A stretch of DNA of 64,000 bases, taken from positions 38,628,001 to 38,692,000 of the forward strand of contig CM119372.1 in NCBI GenBank assembly GCA_051294905.1. Reading direction: 5' to 3'. The translations under genes were made by a program, and so were the position numbers. The notes beneath the pieces are model-generated. The model was given only the letters and a program-made list of their open reading frames with translations. It was not told the origin of the DNA and made no database searches. Numbering within the stretch: the stretch's first letter is position 1; every line of letters starts with the position of its first letter. Source of the DNA: Botryllus schlosseri (lineage: Eukaryota). Below, one piece after another: positions 42,101 to 51,100 of the stretch.

Positions 42101-45100
42101 CAATTGCAGATATCTCTTGGTGACTAGGTGATGTCATCAAGTGTAAGGTATCATTGGAAAGCTCTTGACAAGAGCTTTTTAAAACAAAAATAACATTAGT
42201 TACTTTTGAATCGTAACATACCATAAGAGCGCCATGAAGCTAGCTTGCAAATTTATTCAAAATCCTCCCCCTTTTCAACAAGAGCAGTTGAAAAAGTTGT
42301 GAAATTTTATGAAAACAACGAACATAGCAGGTTGATGCCAGGGATGAAAGACCGAGTTAGCATTAAAAAGAATGTGTATCAACAAAAACGTCTACTTTTA
42401 TGTACTCTGAAAGAATTCCATACCCTGTATAAACAGCAAAACCCGGATGCAAAAAGTGGATTCACAAAATTTTGTGAATTGAGGCCGAAATGGTGTGTTA
42501 GTGCAGGATCATCTGGAACACGTGCCGTATGTGTCTGTACCATACATCAAAATGTTGTTCTTTTGCTGCATGCTGCCCGCATTGAAAAAACTTATAAAGA
42601 TTTGCTTCAATTGGCAGTCTGCAATATTGAAAATAGAGACTGCATGCTACAGCGTTGCCCAAACTGTCCCGGATTTCAACCCGTTCAGGAATTGCTTGAC
42701 TCAAAATTTGAGGATGTGGATGAACTTATTTCGTTCAAACAGTGGGTGTCAGTTGACCGAACTGATCTGATAACTCAAACCTTAACCATAACTGATTTTA
42801 TTCAGTTGATATTAAAAAAGCTTGCAGATTTAGCACCACATCATCACATTTCGCATTCACAGTCTTTATATTTGAAAAAACGAAAACAAGATATGGATCA
42901 GCAAACAGCTCTTGTATTAATGGATTTTGCGGACAATTATTCTTTCCACATTCAAAATGAAGCGCAAGGGTATCATTGGACTCACCAATGCTGCACTGTG
43001 CACCCGGTAGTTTGCTACTACAAGTCTGCAAGCAACGATATTTTGCATTTAAATCTATGCTTTTTATCGGAAGAGTTGTTGCACGATGCAGTAATGGTGT
43101 ATCTGATTCAGCAAAAGACAATTGAAGTTCTCAAAAGTACAATTCACAACTTGGACAATGTGGAATATTTTGGCGATGGTCAATTTGTGCAAGCACAAAG
43201 CTGACTTCGAAGTGGATGCTGCGTGGTCCTTTTTTGCCACGAGCCATGGTAAATCGCCATGTGATGGCATTGGTGGCACTGTAAAACGAGCTACAGCAAT
43301 GGAAAGTCTGAGACGCCCACTGAATGGTCAACTTTTGAACGTGGAAGAAATGATGTCCTATTGCGTGAAAAATCTCCACAAAATAAAATTTATCAATTTG
43401 CTCAAAGACGAATTGGATGCTACGAGAGCTTTTTTGGAATGGCGATTTCGGCTCGCTACCACAGTCAAAGGTACTCGGGCATTCCATTATTTTAGGCCAT
43501 TGTCATCAACCAAACTGGGAGCAAAACGTGTCAGTCAAGACAAACACTATTTATTGGCCGTTGAATTAGATGAAGACTCAAACCAAGAAAATGTACTTCA
43601 AATTGAAATTATCAAAAACAAATTTGTATGCTGCGTTTATGATGAAAACTGGTACATTGGCATGGTCACAGAAATTGACAAGGCAAACGACGATGCCTTA
43701 GTTGAATTCATGCACCCAAAAGGCCCATCAGAGTTTTTTCACTGGCCTCAAAATAAAGATTCTTGTTGGACACCGTTCCAGCACATTTTGTGCACAGTTG
43801 ACGTTCCTTGTTTATTTAATAATCGGGGACAATACCAACTGACAAAGGAATCAGCACTGAAAGTCATACAAGTTTGGAAGAAATATCATCAAAGATAAAT
43901 AGATATCTGATATGAGCAAATAGTTATTATCTAATAGTATGAAAACTAATGAACCCGCAGGACCTTATATTGATTTTGATTGTCATTGTTCCTTTCATTG
44001 TTTAATGTTTAGTGCTGATCGTTGCCCGAATGTATTGTGTAGAGTACATAAAACATCGCATCTTATCCTGTCAGTTGTGAATTCTGAAGTGTTGTGGAAG
44101 TATTGTGTGTCACCTCAAACTGTGTAGCAAAATTTTCTCAAATTTTCAAAAATATCTCAAATTATTGTCAGCATAATTTATGTCAGCAATTATCTGTCTG
44201 AGTTATACTGACTACCTTATGTATAAAACACTTGGCACGGTACTGTATATAGAATAAAGGTGGAATGAGTTGCTTTACAGAGTTTGCTCTTGTTGAAAAG
44301 GGGAGGATTTTGAATAAATTTGCAAGCTAGCGTCATGGCGCTCTTATGGTATGTTACGATTTAAAAGTAACTAATGTTATTTTTGTTTTTAAAAGCTCTT
44401 GTCAAGAGCTTTCCAATGATACCTTACACTTGATGACATCACCTGGTCACCAAGAAATATTTGCAATCGAAAATGAAGTCACGCATGAATGATTTTCAAA
44501 TACATTACCAAAAAAGCGAGGTTAAAGGTCAGAATATGCAACCCCAGGTGTCAAAGAAGACGAAAAAGTGTCAAGCAGGACATGAATGAACAAATGTGAA
44601 AGTGTTACCTTCAACAACCCTAATTTGAACGAATTGTAGCAAATTCAAATTACATGTATAAATTTCTGACATTTTTTCCGCTTGAGTGATCACAAAAACA
44701 GCAATTTTTAAACGGCCATATCTTCGGTTCTACTCATCCGATTTCGATGGGATTTGTTTTTTTGAAAGCAGAAGTAAAAGTTTTCTAACCATGCCAATTT
44801 TAATGACAATCTGAGATGGTGGAGGTACATTTTGAAATTTTTCTGGATCACCTGACATGATCTGACCCAGTTGGTACACGTCTGCCTGACGAGTGTCAGT
44901 TTGAAAATATTCTGGTCTATTTCAATATGAATATATTATTCAACTGTGTATCGAAGTTCTGTATCTCCAAGACTCTGCTACGATAACAACCCTAACTATA
45001 ACGTGGCTGATGTTGTTACTCAAGCTCCAGTAGAACACCATAAACTTCTACTCCATGAAAAGCAGAAGCAAAAACTACCTTAGTTTTGCATCAAAATCAG

Positions 45101-48100
45101 TTCGCATCTTCCATGCGGCGGCGTGCAATAGGATATGAAGAAATGAAATTTGCATTACATAAAATAATATCGATCTCCTCACCTGACATGCACCAATGGT
45201 GGTCGGAAATCAGTCAGCGGATATTTGTGGAAGGCGTAATTTTGCGCCGATTCATTTTCTTCGTACTTGAGGAAGAGCACGGCCACAGACACGTGATTGC
45301 CGGAAAAAGACGCAAAAGCGCTACGGCACTGTTTTCCGATGACCTTGAAAAGTACGGTAAGTGTTATATTGTATTTAAAGCGTTCTAAGTTTCGACTCGA
45401 GTCAAGTCGAGTCATTTTCAACTCGCTCAGAGTCTGAGTCCAGGTGGGTGAGTAAATGGTCGAGTGCGAGTCCTAGTGTTAAGACTCGCGACTCAGTCCA
45501 AGTCATGTTAAACTCATTCTCTATGACTCTGCTTGGATGAACGAATCCCTTGTATTCATAATATACCGTACTAGTCATGTCGATACCATTGATCTTGAGA
45601 CTCGAGTCTGAGTCCAAGTCGTAGTGTTTACAGTTTGGTTTCGAGTCCAAATCAACTAGAATTAGGACCGAAACAGCATTTCGCCCCCTCAAATGGCCGT
45701 CTTGGGTCTCCAGAGGGTGATCAATGAAACTTCTGGCGGGTTAAGTCCCCCAGACCCCCCAATTTACGACCGGACTTTTCACAAAAACTGAAAGACACGT
45801 TTTGATGCGATATGGATTCGCTTTGTATTTGCTGTCAAGTTGCGCCCAACGTGAAAATTTAGGGCACGTAATTTATTACTTTATTTTATGTTATTAATTC
45901 GTGACCTACCGCTTGCCATATTGCCTAAACTCACAAGTTATTGGAATCCCCCAAACTAAATGAAAAACTTTCGTGAGACGCCTCCAGAAATTGTCATTTT
46001 TGCACGGGGGTATCATTTTCCTCGGTGGATGCGCCAGTGGTATTTGTATTGTGGGACTTAGATTGAGAAGACAGGACTATCCATCGCGTTTATCCAGCGC
46101 GGCTATGGACAATGGACAAATACACAAAGTTTCAGCCAAGGTAGCACTTCTTGGTGTGTCGCGGCGCGGTATTGGCCGGCACCGACATGCCTATTTCTAT
46201 AGCCGAAACCATGCAACTGGTATATTATGACAAGAACAGCAAATGACATCATGACGTCTAATTTCAAAATAAAAAAACTTCTCTCATGAAGCCTTTTCAT
46301 AGCAATCGCTATATTGTCTTCCAATGATAAGTTTTAGGAAGCAAAATAGATGTAATCGTGAGTGATCGTGATTACTTTTCCAAAATAATCGTAATCGTAA
46401 TCGACTATTTGCTGATTCTGCTGTCATCGTAATCGTAATCGCATGGTTCAGAAGTAATCGTAATCGCAATCGATTACATTCATGAAGTAATCATCCCATG
46501 TCTGATTAGACACAGGACTTGGACCAGGTCAAATAGAATGTCTCGAGTCAAACGACTATATCGAGTCATGCACAACGACTCACGAATAAGTAAAGACAAT
46601 ACCCAAAGTGACTCAAGTTGAGCGGATCCGTTCCCAATTTGTAAGACAAGTCCTACTTTTTATGACAACGATGTAACAGTAGCCTACATACCTCGTCGTT
46701 ATAAAACACAGAGTCTACCGCGACCCCTTTTGACATGAGAATGGCCGATGCGGAACCCACGCTGATATTTGTCCAGCCGCTGTTCTCGTGCCCGATGCTT
46801 CTCCAAAGGCGAATTCCGTGCCAATGAGAAAACAGAAGTATCGTCGAGCCATCGTCGCTGACGAATAACTTCACCTTTCGAAGGGCTGTGATGATATTGA
46901 TATTGGTTTCAGAGACACAATCACCTCATAACATGCACACTTGTCTTGGCAACAACTGTCAGAAGATAATAACGGGTTTGAATTCCAGTGCCATGATATA
47001 GCAGGGAGGGTGGGAGCATTAAAGTATATTCAAGTTCAAGGAGCTGTCATGTTCATAAACTGTCAAAGAAAATGGTTGTCGGCTGTTGTTTGAAAGCTAT
47101 GTTTTAATTTCCGGTTTAAAATCGATTGAAGACATAACCTACTTATAACAGAATATTATTATAATTCATTTCCAAATTAGTGGCCTATATTCAATTCCCA
47201 GAGTCTTGTGGAATAATTGACTACGCTGTCAAAATTATACTTGAAGCAATCCTCCTGTTTCTGGTTTCCGTTCCGAAAAAAAAAGGAAATTCCTAAAAGG
47301 CCTATGTATATAACACTATCTATCTATCTAGGTATCTATGTTTAGCAGTGGTTTTCAGCCTGTGGGCCGCGACACACACAGGGTTTGTTTCCTTTTTTTC
47401 TGTGGTCGCGAAGACGCCGTTTACTTGCCTTTTAACAGTTTTTTGGCTATAACTAGTTTTGGGATCACAATAAAGAAAACTTTTTTCTTAGGACTTATAT
47501 AAACATGATGTTTCTGCAGCTTTTGAGCTATTTTATCATGACTCTACGGCCAGCGGTTCCTGAGATATGCAATTTTACCCCCTTGCGCGCAGAAATTGGG
47601 GATTGCCGGCTGGAAAGTGGGGGCAACACCCTGAATTCAATTTTTACTTAGGTTTCTGGTCATTTGTCGGGATTTAATAACCACGTTTTTCCAATTTAAC
47701 AAAAAAAGTCATTTTAACTGCACCCCGGTGAGTAGGTTTGGGCAAAGACGTTGGTATTTTTTTCTTTAGTGATCAGCTTACCGAATGTATATCGGTAGGA
47801 GGGTCTCAGCATCATTTCATATCGGGAATCTATGTCTATCTAATTTATATAGCGTACCGTAGACTACATACTGTAATTTAACTCTCAGTAATAACGTACA
47901 TACCTTGCCCCTGCGATTGCCCGGAACTCGCATTAAAATCGGGACACGGACCGAGATTGGTGACGGCCCTCGTGTTTTTTCTCCATCGGAATAAATTCCC
48001 GTCTTGCCGAAGTCCGACAATGTATGCTCCTGTAAGAAACAGTAGCATGTAGCTTCTGGGTAGCAAAATTGGTAGCCACGAAACTGTGAACTTAAGAATG

Positions 48101-51100
48101 TGATATTAAAGTTGCAGGTTGTATGAAAATAATAATATCACTATCAAATATTAACATGGAATGGCTACGGACAATTTTTCTGCCTCGTTCCGCTTCGCTG
48201 ACGCTGGAATCTGGATTGTTTCGCGGCAGTACCTGTAGGATTTCTAGTAATCCGAAAGCTATTGTCCTGGAAGTTACTCAAACTGGTCATTAGGGTGGAG
48301 TGAAAAATGAAAATTTTTGAATTTCAAAAAAGGGTCTTGATATGTGGTGCCAAATAGTAAACAAATAAATTCTATCATAATTTTGGGTTCGTACACCCTC
48401 TAGTGGTCGTGCAATTTCACCGAACGAGCCAAAAACAGCTAATTTCACCATATCTTGGTCATCACTTACACTAGAAAGTCAGTTTTGGGTTTAAAAGATG
48501 CAGAAGCAACATGTTTCTATCTCACTTCCATAGAACTTACTCTTAAAAATCAATAGAAAAAAAGTTACAAGCAAATTTCTGATTTTATAGGTAAAAATAA
48601 GCACTGAAGCAGTGGGTAGGATGTCAAAAGCGTGTAGTGATTGATCTTATGACTGAGCAACCTACCCTATCAATTAGAACTACTTTCCAAAACTTCCTCA
48701 AACAAATGAAACCCCCTTCAAGCATAAATAGGGCTCGGGCATCGAATAGAGACTGCTAAAGCTGTATTTGAAACAGCGTCTATTGGTAGTGCGGCATCAC
48801 GATATCGGTAAGTTTATAGCAACGGCCCTCATGAGATTTCTTACCAAAATGCTGTCGTAGGGTTTGTAATATATTTGTCACAAAGCTCCTGAATGAAAGC
48901 GCAAAAACTGAAAATACACATTCAAAACACACACATCAATTCTATACTGGAAGCAGAAAATTTTTGTAGCGGTATCACATGAGTATCAGTGTGCAGAAAC
49001 ATTAAAATCATGTTTAGTATTGAAAGATTTCATCTGCTTTCAAGACTTCAGTTTTTGTCTGATGAGACCATCTCTACGTTTAAATCCTGAAACATTGAGC
49101 AGATGCTTATGTCACCACTGTCACATGTCTTTTCACTTCCTGGTTGTGGCAAGGATGACTGAGCCTTAATGGTGATGATCATAGGTTTCCCAGCTCGTGA
49201 TCAGACAAGGTCTTGATTGCGATGCAGGCGGTTGTTCAATATTTTTGAGGTTTAAGTTGACAATATGGTGAAAAGATTAAGCCTTGATGTTGATAACTGG
49301 AAGTTGGAAGAATCTGATGCTGGCGTCAATGTTGCTGCTTTAGGGTTTGGTTTCATTTATATATCCTCCTTCAAAGTCGTCAATTGGAACCAGATCTGCA
49401 ATATTTATAGGCTGGGCCCGTCGTTCATTCAATATGGTTGACTCTCGCATCTCAAATTTCAAAGTACTATGTGGGACAGAGTCGTCCATCGAGAAATATG
49501 AGCTGTCTTGCTCAATTCTGCATGGAGGTCTATTTTCCATCATGGTTTTAAATAAAAATGCACAATTCCATTGTAGATGGTGCTGAAAATTTCCACAATA
49601 TAGTTTCCCGCGTCACAAAGCTGACTGATACCCGAATTCACTCCCTTGCACTATCTTTGCTACGAATAAATCCTCATTTTGAACATCCAGAAAATATTTT
49701 GCTGGGAATGCTTTGGTGACGAGGAGGGAAACGTCCAAAGATTTACAGTCAACAAGATTACAGCTATGCGCAGAACAACCACACCATACCAAATTCCAAT
49801 TATGAATTCGAAGGAAGATATAGAAATGGCACCAAACCTAAAAACAGCGACATTGAGCATCAGTTTCTTGCAAATTCCAGTTATCAACATCAAGGCTTAA
49901 TCTTTCCACCAAATTGTCAACTTACACCACAAAGATATTGAACAGCCGCCTGCAATCAAGACCTTGTCAGATGTCGAGGTGGAAAACCTAAGATCATCAC
50001 CATTAAGGCTCAGTCATCCTTGCCACAACCAGGCAGTGGAAAGACATGTGACAGTGGTTACTGAAGCATCTACCCATGTTTCAGGATCTAAACGTAGAGA
50101 TAGCCTCATCAGACGAAAACTGAAGTCTTGAAAGCAGATGAAATCTTTCAATACTAAACATGATTTTAATGTTTGTGCACACTGATACTCATGTGATACC
50201 ACTACAAAAATTTTCTGTTTTCAGTATAGAATCGATGTTTGTGTTTTGAATGTGTATTTTCAATTTTTGTGCTTTCATTCAGGAGCTTTGTGACAAATAT
50301 GATACAAACCCTACGACAGCATTTTGGTAAGAAATCTCATGAGGGCCGTTGTTATAAACTTACCGATATCGCGACGCCGCACTACCAATGGACGCTGTTT
50401 TAAATACAGTTTAAGCAGTCTCTATTCGATGCCCGAGCCGTATTTATGCTTGGAGGGGGTTTCATTTGTTTGAGCAAGTTTTGAAAAGTGGGTCTAATTG
50501 ATAGGGTATGTTGCTTAGTCATAAGATCAATCAATACACGCTTTTGACATCCTACCCACTGCTTCAGGGCTTAATTTTACCTATAAAATCAGAAATTTGC
50601 TTGTAACTTTTTTCTGGTTCATTTTTAAGAGTAACTTCTATGGAAGAGAGATAGAAACATATTGCTTCTGCATCTTTTAAGCCCAAAACTGACTTTCTAG
50701 TGCAAGTGATGATCAAGATATGGCGAAATTAGCTGTTTTTGGCTCGTTCGGTGAAATTGCACGACCACTAGAGGGTGTACGAACCCCAAATTATGATAGA
50801 ATTTATTTGTTTACTATTTGGCACCACATATCAAGACCCTTTTTTGAAATTCAAAAATTTTCATTTTTCACTCCACCCTACTGGTCATGATCAAAAGCTA
50901 CCGTCGCATTTATTCCGAAAATATCAATTAAAAAATGATCACGAAACTGGAACCACCCGAATTCGCCCTCAAAGTGTGAAATATTGGCATTGTCGGAACG
51001 ATCAGAGAGCCGTCCGTTTTGTGGCCGTCCCGTTGTTCCGAACGATGCAGATTTCAGATGTTGCAGGTGATTTTTCTGCAGTATCCGAATCCCTGATCCG

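Larger units (their letters stand above)
37193..44884. mobile_element. hAT-like MITE with internal minisatellite, expanded by nested insertions
   Basis: TIR CAGAGTTGTACAAACTAC vs CAGACGTGTACCAACTAC (15/18, after removing Sola2); TSD aaTGACGA / ccTGACGA; internal ~35-45-bp repeats ctagaactactcacttttcaaa. Confidence 0.7.
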
